A stretch of DNA of 64,000 nt from the NCBI GenBank assembly GCA_963728205.1, contig CAVSIV010000002.1, positions 608,001-672,000 of the forward strand, written 5' to 3'. Origin of the DNA: an uncultured Chloroflexia bacterium. Lineage in GTDB: Bacteria > Chloroflexota > Dehalococcoidia > UBA2979. The notes below the pieces were generated by a model. It was not told where the DNA came from. It saw only the letters and a program-made list of their open reading frames with translations, and did no database searches. Made by a program: the position numbers and the translations under genes. This document shows, piece after piece, positions 12,571 through 22,700 of the stretch (its first letter is position 1; each line of letters begins with the position of its first letter).

Positions 12571-13314
12571 CTGGAACTCATCGACGGGCTGCAGGCCTCG
12601 GTCCTCGAGATGCACGTGCATACGCTCGCCGGGTCATCCGACAGCATGCTCGACCCGCACGAGCTCGTGGCGGTCGCGAGCCGCAACGGGCTGACCGGCG
12701 TGAACATCACCGAGCACGACAAGGTGCTCGAGCCGCACCAGCGGCGCGCCTTCCTGGACGAGCACCCCGACTTCTTCGTGAACTTCGGCATGGAGGTCTC
12801 GACGGACCTCGGCCACATGATCGCGGTCGGCCTCAACGCATACCTGCCGGGCATCCGCCGCGCGGCGAAGCTGCGCGAGGAGCTCGACAAGGTGGGTGGC
12901 TTCCTGATCGTGGCGCACCCGTTCCGGCGCCTCTTCGACCCGGTGACCGCGATGCGCACCGGCGTGAAGTTCGAGATGACGCCGGCGGAGGCCGCCGAGC
13001 AGCTCGAGGTGTTCAAGATCGTGCACGGCATCGAGATCGCGAACGGCGCGAACACGCCGCGCGAGAACGAGTTCGCGGCGGAGGTCGCGCAACTCGCGGG
13101 GCTGCGGGGCACGGGCGGCAGCGACGCGCACTCGACGCAGGGCATCGGCGTCTTCGCGACCGGGTTCGAGCGGCCGATCACGAGCCCCGAAGTGCTGCTC
13201 GAAGAGCTGCACGCTGGCCGCTTCGAGGCCGTGCACCGCACCAAGGGCGGCCGGATCGTGCGCTTCGAGACCGGCAGCACTGAGGCCGCGCTCGAGGACA
13301 CCGCCGGGGCCTGA
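12571..13314 (+). CDS. PHP domain phosphoesterase
   Basis: MHVHT, ITEHD, GMEVST..GH, VAHPFR, GGSDAH motifs; start uncertain (CTG 12571 after an SD, or ATG 12610). Confidence 0.88.
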   Translation: MELIDGLQASVLEMHVHTLAGSSDSMLDPHELVAVASRNGLTGVNITEHDKVLEPHQRRAFLDEHPDFFVNFGMEVSTDLGHMIAVGLNAYLPGIRRAAKLREELDKVGGFLIVAHPFRRLFDPVTAMRTGVKFEMTPAEAAEQLEVFKIVHGIEIANGANTPRENEFAAEVAQLAGLRGTGGSDAHSTQGIGVFATGFERPITSPEVLLEELHAGRFEAVHRTKGGRIVRFETGSTEAALEDTAGA

Positions 13315-13457
13315 TCGCCCGGCCCACCCCGCAAATCCCGATACGGGTGGCGCCTCGCGGCGCCGCGCGCTCACAATCGGCTGAACCGACCGCCCGCACC
13401 TGCCGCGGGCGCGCCCCTGGAAGGGAAGCCCGCGCGCATGCCGCGGGCCCGCGCGTC

Positions 13458-16295
13458 ATGCCGGACGAGTTCGTCGCCATCGACCTGGAGACCACCGGCC
13501 TCAGCCTCGAGGACGACCGCATCACCGAGGTCGGCGCCACGCGCTTCGACCGCGCCGGGCGCGTGGAGACCTTCCACTCGCTCGTGAATCCCGGCCGTCC
13601 GATCCCGCCCGAGATCCAGGAACTCACGTCGATCACCAACGCGGACGTCGCGAACGCGCCGCCGTTCTCCGCGATCGCGCCGGCGCTGACCGACTTCCTG
13701 GGCGATCGGCCGGTCGTCGGGCAGAACGTGCAGTTCGACATCGGCTTCCTCGTGGCGCACGGCGTGCCCGTGCGCGGGCGCGCGTACGACACCTGGGAGC
13801 TGTCGTCGGTGCTGCTGCCGACCGCGCAGCGGCTGAACCTCGAGACGCTCGCGGGGCTCGTCGGGGTGGACATGCCCGTCGCGCACCGCGCGCTGTCGGA
13901 CGCCGAGGCGACGCGCGACATCTTCCTCGCGCTGCTCGACCGGCTCGACGCGATGCCGCGGGCGCTGCTCCTCGAGCTGCGCGCGTTCGCCGCGCGCGCG
14001 GGCTGGAACGTGCGCGACCTGATCGAAGGCGCGCTGGCGGGCCGGCAGGCGGCCGGGGCGAACGGCGCGGCGGCGGAGCTCGCGCTCAGCGAGGAGGCGG
14101 CGGCCCAGCTGGTGGCCGCGCTGCCGCTGCCGGTCCGCGCGGCGCCGGCGCCGGCGCTGCACCCCGCGGAGTCGCCGCGGCCGGTGACGGCCGACGACCT
14201 CGAGGCGCTGTTCGCGGCGGCCGCCGCCGACGCCGAGCGCTTCCCGGGCTACGAGCCGCGGCGCGGCCAGCAGGCGATGGCCGACGCCGTGCGGCGCGCC
14301 GTCGCGCACGGCGGGCAGCTCGCGGTGGAGGCCGGCACGGGCACCGGCAAGTCGCTCGCGTACCTGCTGCCGACGCTGCTGCACGCGCTGCGCAACGACG
14401 ACCGCGTCGTCGTCTCGACGCACACGCTCAACCTCCAGGAGCAGCTCGCGACGCGCGAGATCCCGCTGGCCGCCGCGCTGGTCGAGGCGCGCGAGTCGCG
14501 CCCCGGCGCGCTGCGCGCGGCGCTGCTGAAGGGCCGCTCGAACTACCTCTGCCTCGAGCGCTGGGCGGCGGTGCGCGCCGACCCCCAGCCGCGCAGCGAG
14601 GCGGAGGCGCGGCTGTTCGGCCGCATCGCCACCTGGCTGCCCGGGACCGACACCGGCGACCTCGCCGAGCTCTACATGACGTCCGCGGAGTCGCCGGCGT
14701 GGGGGCAGGTGTCCGCGGAGGGCACCGACTGCCTCTCGCGCCGCTGCGCGTTCGTGCGCGACGGCAGCTGCTTCCTGCTGCGCGCGCGGCAGCGGGCGGC
14801 CGCCGCGCACGTCGTCGTCGTGAACCACGCGCTGCTGCTCGCGAACGCCGCCCGCGACGACCAGGTGCTGCCGCCGTTCCGCCACCTCGTGATCGACGAG
14901 GCGCACCGCCTCGAGGACGTGGCGACGCAGCACTACGGCGCGTCGCTCTCCCTGCGCGAGCTGCGGGAGCTGCTCGACGCGCTCGGCGGCGCCGACCGCC
15001 ACGGCCGGCCCGGGCTCGTGCAGCGCCTGCAGTCGGCGCCGCGCGACGGGCAGGCGCTGTCGCTGGCCGCCGGCCTGCAGCCGGTCGCGGACCGGTTGAG
15101 CGTGACCGCGCGCGCGGCGCGGGAGACGGTGCCGGACGTGGTCGAGGGCGCGCGGCGCTTCGCCCAGGAGTTCGCGGACGAGGCGGGCGCCCGCAGCGAG
15201 GTGTCGCTCACGGCCGCACGGCGCGCACAGCCGGCGTGGGAGGACGTCGAGGAGCGCGCGGTGCAGCTCGACCTCGCGCTGCAGGTCGCGCTCGAGCGGC
15301 TGGGGCCCGTGCGCGACGCGCTCGCCGCGATGCCGGCCGGCTCGCTCCCCGCGCTCGAGCAGCTGCGCACCGACGCCGCGCGCACGGCCGACGCGCTGGC
15401 ATCGGCGCGCGACACGCTGCGCCGCGTCGTGCTGCGCCCGGGTCGCGACGACATCATCTGGCTCTCGACCGCGAACGGGGACGTCCGCTTCAGCCTCGCC
15501 CCCCTCGATGTCGCCGACCACCTCGCGTCCGACCTCTATGGTGGCCGCGAGTCGGTGGTCGCGACGAGTGCGACGCTGACCGCCGGCGGCTCGTTCGACT
15601 TCAGCGTGCGCCGGCTCGGGCTGACCGAGCCCGAGACGCTCGAAGTGCCGTCGCCCTACGACTACCGCCGCGCCGTGCTCGTGCTGCTCGTGGACGATCT
15701 GCCGGACCCCGGCATGCCCGGCTACGAGAACGGGCTGCAGGAGGCGCTGCTCGACGCGACGCGCGGTGCCGGCGGACGCACGCTCGCGCTGTTCACCGCC
15801 CACGGCTCGCTGCGGCAGGCCGCGGCCGCGCTGCGCGAGCAGCTGGCCGAAGAGGACATCGTCGTGCTGGCGCAGGGCGCCGACGGATCGCCGAACCGGC
15901 TGCTGCGGCTGCTGACCACGCGGCCGCGCACGCTCCTGCTCGGAACCGCCGCGTTCTGGGAGGGCATCGACGTCCCGGGCGAGGCGCTGTCGCAGATCGT
16001 GATCGCGCGGCTGCCGTTCCCGGTGCCGACGGACCCGATCTACGCCGGGCGCGCCGAGCAGTTCGACGACCCCTTCGCGGAGTTCGCGGTGCCGCAGGCG
16101 GTGCTGCGCTTCCGCCAGGGCTTCGGCCGGCTGATCCGCGGGTCCACCGACCGCGGCGTGTTCGTCGTGCTCGACAGCCGCATCACGCGCCGCGCCTACG
16201 GCGAGACGTTCCTCGAGGGGCTGCCGGACTGCGAGGTGCGGCGCGTGCGCCAGAACCTGCTCGAGCAGACGGTCGCGGAGTGGCTCGACCGGTGA
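13458..16295 (+). CDS. dinG: DnaQ-like 3'-5' exonuclease fused to DinG-family helicase
   Basis: DLETTG...HRALSDA (DEDDh), EAGTGTGKS, KGRSNYLC, DEAH, SATL, FWEGIDVPG, QGFGRLIR. Confidence 0.93.
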   Translation: MPDEFVAIDLETTGLSLEDDRITEVGATRFDRAGRVETFHSLVNPGRPIPPEIQELTSITNADVANAPPFSAIAPALTDFLGDRPVVGQNVQFDIGFLVAHGVPVRGRAYDTWELSSVLLPTAQRLNLETLAGLVGVDMPVAHRALSDAEATRDIFLALLDRLDAMPRALLLELRAFAARAGWNVRDLIEGALAGRQAAGANGAAAELALSEEAAAQLVAALPLPVRAAPAPALHPAESPRPVTADDLEALFAAAAADAERFPGYEPRRGQQAMADAVRRAVAHGGQLAVEAGTGTGKSLAYLLPTLLHALRNDDRVVVSTHTLNLQEQLATREIPLAAALVEARESRPGALRAALLKGRSNYLCLERWAAVRADPQPRSEAEARLFGRIATWLPGTDTGDLAELYMTSAESPAWGQVSAEGTDCLSRRCAFVRDGSCFLLRARQRAAAAHVVVVNHALLLANAARDDQVLPPFRHLVIDEAHRLEDVATQHYGASLSLRELRELLDALGGADRHGRPGLVQRLQSAPRDGQALSLAAGLQPVADRLSVTARAARETVPDVVEGARRFAQEFADEAGARSEVSLTAARRAQPAWEDVEERAVQLDLALQVALERLGPVRDALAAMPAGSLPALEQLRTDAARTADALASARDTLRRVVLRPGRDDIIWLSTANGDVRFSLAPLDVADHLASDLYGGRESVVATSATLTAGGSFDFSVRRLGLTEPETLEVPSPYDYRRAVLVLLVDDLPDPGMPGYENGLQEALLDATRGAGGRTLALFTAHGSLRQAAAALREQLAEEDIVVLAQGADGSPNRLLRLLTTRPRTLLLGTAAFWEGIDVPGEALSQIVIARLPFPVPTDPIYAGRAEQFDDPFAEFAVPQAVLRFRQGFGRLIRGSTDRGVFVVLDSRITRRAYGETFLEGLPDCEVRRVRQNLLEQTVAEWLDR

Positions 16296-16769
16296 GCGGC
16301 GGTTCGTGGGCGCGCGGCTTCGGCGTGACGCTCACGCGCGTCGGCGCGCTCGATCTCCGACTCCCACCCGGGTCTCGCACGCGCGCTGGCCGACGGCATC
16401 GAGCGACGCTACGAGGGCGCGGTCCCGGACTTCCCCGCGGCGAGCGAGCGGTACCTGGTGCGGGCCGAGGGCGCGGTCGTGGGCGCGCTCGTGCTGCAGC
16501 GCGACTGCCCGTCGCGCGGCGTGGCCGCGGTACTCGCGGTCGCGATCGATCCCGAGCGGCGCGGCTTCGCCTGCGGCACCAAGGCGCTGCTCCTCGCGGA
16601 ACGCCGGCTCGCGGCGGAGGGCATCGCGCGGGTGACGGCGCGGGTGCCGCGGACGAACGGTCGCGGTCTCTACTTCATGTTGCGTGCGGGTTACACGCCG
16701 GAAGCGCTCCGCGGCGAGCCGGCGCGGGACGACGGCGACGCGACCTGGTTCGCGCGCAGCGCGACATAA
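16292..16769 (+). CDS. GNAT-family N-acetyltransferase (frameshift near 16355)
   Basis: VAIDPERRGFACGT (motif A) and N...YFMLRAGY (motif B); GTG overlaps the dinG stop. Confidence 0.7.
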
Positions 16770-16804
16770 GCACGCCGCCGGACGAGCAGCGAGCGGCCGC
16801 CGCG

Positions 16805-17137
16805 CTACCGGTCGCGTTCGAGCCGGCGCCTGGCCTCGATGAGCCCGCGCACCCAGCGGCGGTAGGCCATCGCGATGCCAAGGGCAAAGGCCGTCGCGAC
16901 CGCGATGAAGAACCAGCGCTGCAGGCCGCTGCCGGCGAGCGCCTTCTGCGCGAAGGCGCCGATGAGGATGCCGCCCAGCAGCGCCACGGCGAGCAGGAGG
17001 CGCGATGCGCGCGCCGGCGCGGGCGCGGCCCCCCGGCGCTCCGGCGCGGCCGGCGGCGCGGCGGGGAGGGGGCGCTGGCGAAAGCGCGCGCCGGCGCGGC
17101 GCCGGCGACGCCCGTCACCACTCGGCGCTCCGGCCAT
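16805..17137 (-). CDS. small membrane protein (2 TM)
   Basis: Two hydrophobic helices; ATG overlaps the upstream gene's stop. Confidence 0.6.
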   Translation of the reverse strand: MAGAPSGDGRRRRRAGARFRQRPLPAAPPAAPERRGAAPAPARASRLLLAVALLGGILIGAFAQKALAGSGLQRWFFIAVATAFALGIAMAYRRWVRGLIEARRRLERDR

Positions 17138-17547
17138 CAGCGATCGAGGTCGATGCGGCGGTAGCGCCGGCGCGCCCGCGCCGGCTTCGCCGGCGACCGA
17201 GCGGGGGGCTCCGCCGCCGGCGCGCGGACGGGGAAGCCGAGCGAGTCCCCGTGGATCGCGGCAATCATCGCCTCCGCGCGGGCAAGTGCGGGGTCCGTGC
17301 CGGCGGGCATCGCCGCGCGGTTCCGTTCGTCGAGGCAGAGGTTGCAGAAGAAGTAGAGCCCGAGGTTCTCGCCGAGGACCGCGTCACCGCAGTCCGTGCC
17401 CTCGCGATTCGAGTAGGGGTTGAGGTGAAACGGGCGGCCGCAATCGAGGCAGGTCGAGATCAGGCGAACGTCGGCCTCGACGACGTCGCAGATCGCGCAG
17501 CGCGCGCCGGGTGCGTCCTTCGAGTTCGGGTCCCGATCGCCGGTCAA
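17137..17547 (-). CDS. Cys/His-rich zinc-finger protein (C4HC3, PHD-like)
   Basis: CAIC-x12-CLDC-x4-H-x11-C-x14-CNLC; coupled to flanking genes by overlapping start/stop. Confidence 0.7.
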   Translation of the reverse strand: MTGDRDPNSKDAPGARCAICDVVEADVRLISTCLDCGRPFHLNPYSNREGTDCGDAVLGENLGLYFFCNLCLDERNRAAMPAGTDPALARAEAMIAAIHGDSLGFPVRAPAAEPPARSPAKPARARRRYRRIDLDR

Positions 17548-18827
17548 CGTCGCGTCGTCCGTCCTGCTGCGCGCCGCAGCTCATCACGCACGAGGTCGCG
17601 CGCCTGCGCGACACCGCTCAGGTTGCCGAGATAGCGCTCTCGGCGCAAGCACGCGAGCAGGCGGCCGAGCTCGGGACCCGCGGGGACGCCGAGCGCGAGG
17701 AGCGCGGCGGCGTCGAGGTGCGGCGCGGTGCGCTCCCAGCGCCGGAGGTCGCGCTGGAGCGCGGCCTGCGCGGCCGGCGCGAGCCAGCGCGCGGCATCGC
17801 GCGCGGCGGGCGGCGTCGTGGCGAGCGGGGCGAGGCGATCGGCGTCGGCGGGCGCGTCGCGCGGCGGCGCGGCGCCGGCGACGAGCAGCCGCGCTGCGCC
17901 GTCGACGGCGGCGCGGACGGCGCGCGGCGGGCGCAGGCGGTCGAGGACGGCGTCGCGGCCGTCGAGCGGCGCGAGCACGAGCGCGGCGGCGACCTCCGGC
18001 GCGTGCGGGCCGGGGTGACGGCCGAGCGCGCGATCCGTGGCGGGGGCGAGCGCGAAAGCGGGGTGCACACCCGCGAGCGTGCCCCAGCGGTCGAGCAGCC
18101 GCAGCGCGCTCCGAAACGTGCGGCGCGCAGCGGTGAGCCGGAACTCCGCGAAGAGGCGCTCGCCGGAGATCGGGGCGAGCCAGCGCGCTCCGGCGGCGAT
18201 CAGCGCGGCGTCGGCGGCGTCCGGGCGCAGGCGGTGCTGCGCGGCGACGCGCGCGCCACGCCACAGGCGCGTGGCGTCGTCGACGTACGAGCGCGCGTGG
18301 AGCGCGCGCAGCCGGCGGGCGGCGAGGTCGGCGAGGCCGTCGAAGGGGTCGACGAGCGCCCCGGCGCGCGGGCCGGTGAGCCCGAGCGCGACGGCGTTCA
18401 CCGTGAAGTCGCGCCGCGCCAGGTCCGCGTCGAGCGAGGCGCCGAGCGTCGCCGTCGGGAGCGCGCCGGGGCGCGCGTAGCGCTCGTCGCGCAGCGCCGC
18501 GAGGTCCACCGCAGCGTCGGTGGTGGTCACGGTCGCCGTGCCGAGGTCGGCCGCGCTCACGCGCGCGACGCCGCCGGTGCGCCGGGCCACCGACCTGGCG
18601 AGTGCCAGCACGCCCGCCATGTCGGCTGCCGCCACGGAGACGTCGAGGTCGCGCACGGGCAGCCCGGCCGCGCAGTCGCGCACGGCGCCGCCGACGGCCC
18701 ACGACTCGACGCCGGAATCGCTGGCGGCGAGGATCACGGCATCGAGCAGGCGGCGCGCGCCGGGCGCGAGCGCCGCGCGGAGCGCAGTTCGGCTAGGCCG
18801 CTTTAGCGGTTTATCCAATATTGACAC
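17544..18827 (-). CDS. cca: class II tRNA nucleotidyltransferase (CCA-adding/poly(A) polymerase family)
   Basis: VGGAVRD, DLDV, R.E.Y..PGALP, DLARRDFTVNA, DPFDG, DDATR; start uncertain (18827 or 18818). Confidence 0.85.
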   Translation of the reverse strand: MSILDKPLKRPSRTALRAALAPGARRLLDAVILAASDSGVESWAVGGAVRDCAAGLPVRDLDVSVAAADMAGVLALARSVARRTGGVARVSAADLGTATVTTTDAAVDLAALRDERYARPGALPTATLGASLDADLARRDFTVNAVALGLTGPRAGALVDPFDGLADLAARRLRALHARSYVDDATRLWRGARVAAQHRLRPDAADAALIAAGARWLAPISGERLFAEFRLTAARRTFRSALRLLDRWGTLAGVHPAFALAPATDRALGRHPGPHAPEVAAALVLAPLDGRDAVLDRLRPPRAVRAAVDGAARLLVAGAAPPRDAPADADRLAPLATTPPAARDAARWLAPAAQAALQRDLRRWERTAPHLDAAALLALGVPAGPELGRLLACLRRERYLGNLSGVAQARDLVRDELRRAAGRTTRR

Positions 18828-18850
18828 TCCGCCGAAGGCCTGCCTACGAT
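18821..18850 (+). promoter_or_regulatory. sigma70-type promoter for rnc-smc-ftsY
   Basis: TTGACA (18821-18826), 18 bp, TACGAT (18845-18850), AT-rich sequence upstream. Confidence 0.65.
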
Positions 18851-18944
18851 CCGTCGAACCCGGAGGCGCTCCCCAGCGTCAGCCGCTGTCCCGGGCAGGT
18901 ACATCGTATGCGCGGCGGGTGCATGCGGTGGGGAGGCTTCAGGC

Positions 18945-19721
18945 TTGGCCACATCCTCGCAACCCGCCGCGAGATCCCCTGGCGCGTTGTTTGTGAGCAA
19001 CTTCGAGGGCCGCGAGTTCGGCGCGCTCGAGGCGCGGATCGGCGTCGGGTTCCACGACGTCCACTACCTGCGCACGGCGCTCACGCACTCGTCGTACGCG
19101 AACGAGCACCCGGAGGACTCGACCGACACGAACGAGCGGCTCGAGTTTCTCGGCGACGCGGTGCTGGGGATGGTGGTGGCGGAGGCGCTCTACGAGCGCT
19201 TCCCCGGCGTCCCCGAGGGCCGGCTCACGGAGTGGCGCGCGCAGCTGGTCTGCGGCCCCACGCTGGCACGGGTGGCGGCCGAGACGCTCGACCTCGGCCG
19301 CTGGCTGCGGCTCGGCCGCGGCGAGGAGGCCACCGGTGGCCGCGAGCGCGAGACGAACCTCGAGCGCGGCTACGAGTCGGTGGTCGGCGCGCTGTACCTG
19401 GACCGCGGGCTCGACGCCGCGCGCGCGTTCGTCTTCCGCACGCTCGGCGCGGACCTCGACGCGATCGACGCCGACGCCGACGCGCTCGACCCGAAGGGCA
19501 TGCTGCAGCGGCTCGTCCAGCCGCAGAGCCTGCGCCCGGACTACCGCGTGCTCGCGGAGGAGGGGCCCGAGCACGACCGCCGGTTCACGGTCGAGGTGCG
19601 CGTCGGCGACGAGCGCCTCGGCGAGGGCACCGGCACGAGCAAGCAACAGGCCGAGAAGGAGGCCGCGCGCGCCGCGCTCGAGGTGCTGCGCGCGCGCGAG
19701 TCCGAAGAGTCGGCGGGGTAG
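18945..19721 (+). CDS. rnc: ribonuclease III
   Basis: ALTHSSY, NERLEFLGDAVLG signature, dsRBD with GPEHDRRF and G.SKQQAE; GGAGG SD 8 nt before TTG. Confidence 0.96.
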   Translation: MATSSQPAARSPGALFVSNFEGREFGALEARIGVGFHDVHYLRTALTHSSYANEHPEDSTDTNERLEFLGDAVLGMVVAEALYERFPGVPEGRLTEWRAQLVCGPTLARVAAETLDLGRWLRLGRGEEATGGRERETNLERGYESVVGALYLDRGLDAARAFVFRTLGADLDAIDADADALDPKGMLQRLVQPQSLRPDYRVLAEEGPEHDRRFTVEVRVGDERLGEGTGTSKQQAEKEAARAALEVLRARESEESAG

Positions 19722-19757
19722 CAACCGAGACGGCACGGCGGGCGGAGAGGGGCTCGT

Positions 19758-22700
19758 TTGTACCTGCGACGGCTCGAAGTACACGGTTTCAAGGCATTCG
19801 CCGACCGTCAGCGCTTCGACTTCGGACCCGGGATGACCGTGGTCGTGGGGCCCAACGGCTCCGGGAAGTCGAACGTCGCCGACGCGATTCGCTGGGCGCT
19901 CGGCGAGCAGTCGGCGAAGCAGATCCGCGCGCGCAAGACCGAGGACGTGATCTTCAGCGGCTCGGAGCGGCGCCGGCCGATGGGCATGGCCGAGGTCACG
20001 CTCACGCTCGACAACTCCGAGGGCTGGATGCCCATCGAGTTCTCCGAGGTCGCGGTGACGCGCCGCGCGCACCGCTCCGGCGAGAACGAGTACCTGATCA
20101 ACGGCCAGAACGTGCGACTCACCGACGTGCTCGACCTCTTTCGTCGCGCACAGGTGGGGCAGAACTCGTACGCGCACATGTCGCAGGGCCTCGTCGACGA
20201 GGTGCTGGCGCTGCGCCCGGGCGAGCGGCGTGAGCTGATCGAGGAGGCGGCCGACGTGCGCCGCCACCGGCACCAGCTGACGCTCTCCGAGCGGCGGCTG
20301 TCGGAGACGCGCGACAACCTCGGCCACGTGCGGATGCTGATCAAGGAGGTCGAGCCGCGGCTGCGCCAGCTCGCGCGGCAGTCGAAGCGGGCGGCGGAGT
20401 ACAAGCGTCTCGCCGGCGAGCTGTCCGACGTGCTGCAGGTCTACCTGGAGACCGAGCTGCGCCGCGCCCACGAGGCGCAGGCCGCGGCGCGGGCGTCGCA
20501 CGATCAGCGCGCGCAGCGCTTCGCGGAGGCGCAGCGCGAGATGCAGACGCTCGAGTCGCGCCTGCGCGACCTCGAGGCCGCGCTGCACGCGCGGCGCGCG
20601 GAGCTCGAGCGTGTGCAGGGGCACGAGCGCGAGCTCGCTGAGGAGGGGCTGCGGCTGGAGCAGTCGGTCGCGCTGACGCAGCAGCGGCTGGAGCTGCTCG
20701 GGGTGCGCCGCGGCGAGCTGGAGCAGGCGATCGCGGCCGGGGAGGCCGACCTCGGTCCGGACGGCGGCGAGGGCGACGACGATGCGGCGGTCGCCGCGAT
20801 GCTGACGGCGCTGGAGGCGCAGGTCGCGGGCGCGCGCACGCGGCTGGCCCGCGAGCAGGAGGCGCTCGCGTCCGCCGACAGCGGCGCGCGCGATCTGCTG
20901 CGGCAGCTCTCGGAGCTCGAGGCGCGGCGCGCGCGGCTCGAGGGCGCGCGTGACGACGCGTCGCGGCGCATCGCGGAGTACACGGCGCGCACCGAGCGGC
21001 TGGCGCGCGAGCGCGCGGAGGCCGAGCAGCGGCGCGACGCGCTGCTGGTGCGACTGCGCGAGCACGGCGCGGCCGCGCTGGCGCACGAGCGCGCGGCGCG
21101 CGACCTCGCGGAGGCGGCGGGCACCGCCCGCCGGCGACGCGAGGCCGCGGAGCGGCGGCTCGAGGACGAGCGCCGCGCGGAGGCCGCCGCCGCCGAGGCG
21201 CTACGCGAGGCGGAGGCGCAGGCCGCGCGCCTGCGCGAGCGCCTGAAGCTGATCGAGATGCTGCGGGACTCCGTTCCGGCGGCGAGCGGCGGCGCGCAGG
21301 CGCTGCTCGAGGCCGCGCAGGACCCGGAGCAGCGGACCGACGAGGAGACGCCGCTCGCGGGCGTGATCGACGCCGTGCACCGGCTGATCCGCGTGCCCGA
21401 CGGCCTGGAGGCCGCGATCGAGGCCGCGCTCGCGGAACACATCGCCGCGATCGTGGTCGAGCACGAGGCCGACGCCTACAGCGCGCTGGAGTACCTGCGA
21501 CGCGAGCAGGCCGGCACCGCGACGGTGTTCCCGCTCGACGCCGTCGAGCACCGCTACCCGCTCAACCTCTTCAACGAGCGCGGCGTGATCGGCGTCGCGT
21601 CCCGGCTGGTGCGCGCGGAGCAGAAGTACCGCCCGTTGATCGACACGCTGCTCGGCCGCGTGATCGTGGTCGACGACCTCAAGGTCGCGCAGCAGATGGT
21701 GAAGCGCGGGCTCGGGTCGGTCGTGACGAAGGACGGCACGCTGCTGCGGCAGGGCGGCGGCATCTTCGGCGGCCGCGCCGGCGCCGCCGCCGAGCGCTTC
21801 AGCCTGGAGCGCGAGCTCGAGGCGCTGCCGGCGCAGATCGACGAGGCGGATCTCGCGGTCGAGCCGGCGCGCGCGCGGCTGGAGCGCGCCGCCGCGACGG
21901 TGGCGGAGGCGCGCGCGGCGGTCGAGGAGACGCGCCGCGTCGTCGACGACGCGGAGGAGCGGCGCCGCGCGCACGGCGCGGAGCAGGCGAAGCTGCGGCA
22001 GTCGCAGGCGGCGCTGGCCGGTGCGATGCGCGCCGCGCGCGTCGTGCTCGCCGGCGGCGGCGACGAGGAGGCTGGGCTCGCAGAGGCGCGCGAGGCGCGC
22101 GAGCGGGCGCAGCAGCAGCTGATCGAGGCACTCTCGCAGATCGACACGCTGCGCGACCGCTCGGAGGCGGTCGGGCAGGAGCGCGATGCCGCGGTCGAGC
22201 GATCGGCGCAGGCGACGCAGGCGCTGGCGGCGGTCGACGCCGAGCGGCGCGCGCTGGTGGCGCAGCGCGAGGAGCGCGCGGAGGCGCGCCGTCGCGCGCG
22301 GCAGCAGCTCGAGGAGCGGCGCTCGCAGTTCGACGCGCTGCGGCGCGAGCAGGAGGACCTGGAGCTGTCGCTGCAGGACCGCCGCGCGCGGCTGGCGAAC
22401 CACCGCACCGCGCGCGAGGAGGCGCAGCGCGCCGTGGGGCCGACGCACGCCGCGGTCGCGGAGCTGGAGCAGGAGAACCGGGAGCTGGCGGCGACGCGCC
22501 GCGAGCGCCAGCAGGCGCTGCTCTCGGCGGAGCGCGAGCTGCTCGAGAGCGAGAACGCCGCTCGCGAGGCGGCCTCGCGCGTGCAGCGGCTGCTCGAGCA
22601 GGTCGCGGAGGAGGGCATGGAGGTGCTCCCCGACGGCCGCGTCCATCCGCTGCCGGTCGTGCGCGCGAGCGCGGACGACGCGGCGAGCGACGACGACGAG

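Noticed and set aside
19350-19400. RNase III inactive because the D114-equivalent is Arg (LERGYE)
   Set aside because: The essential signature Glu/Asp and the E117-equivalent are intact, and this position is known to vary
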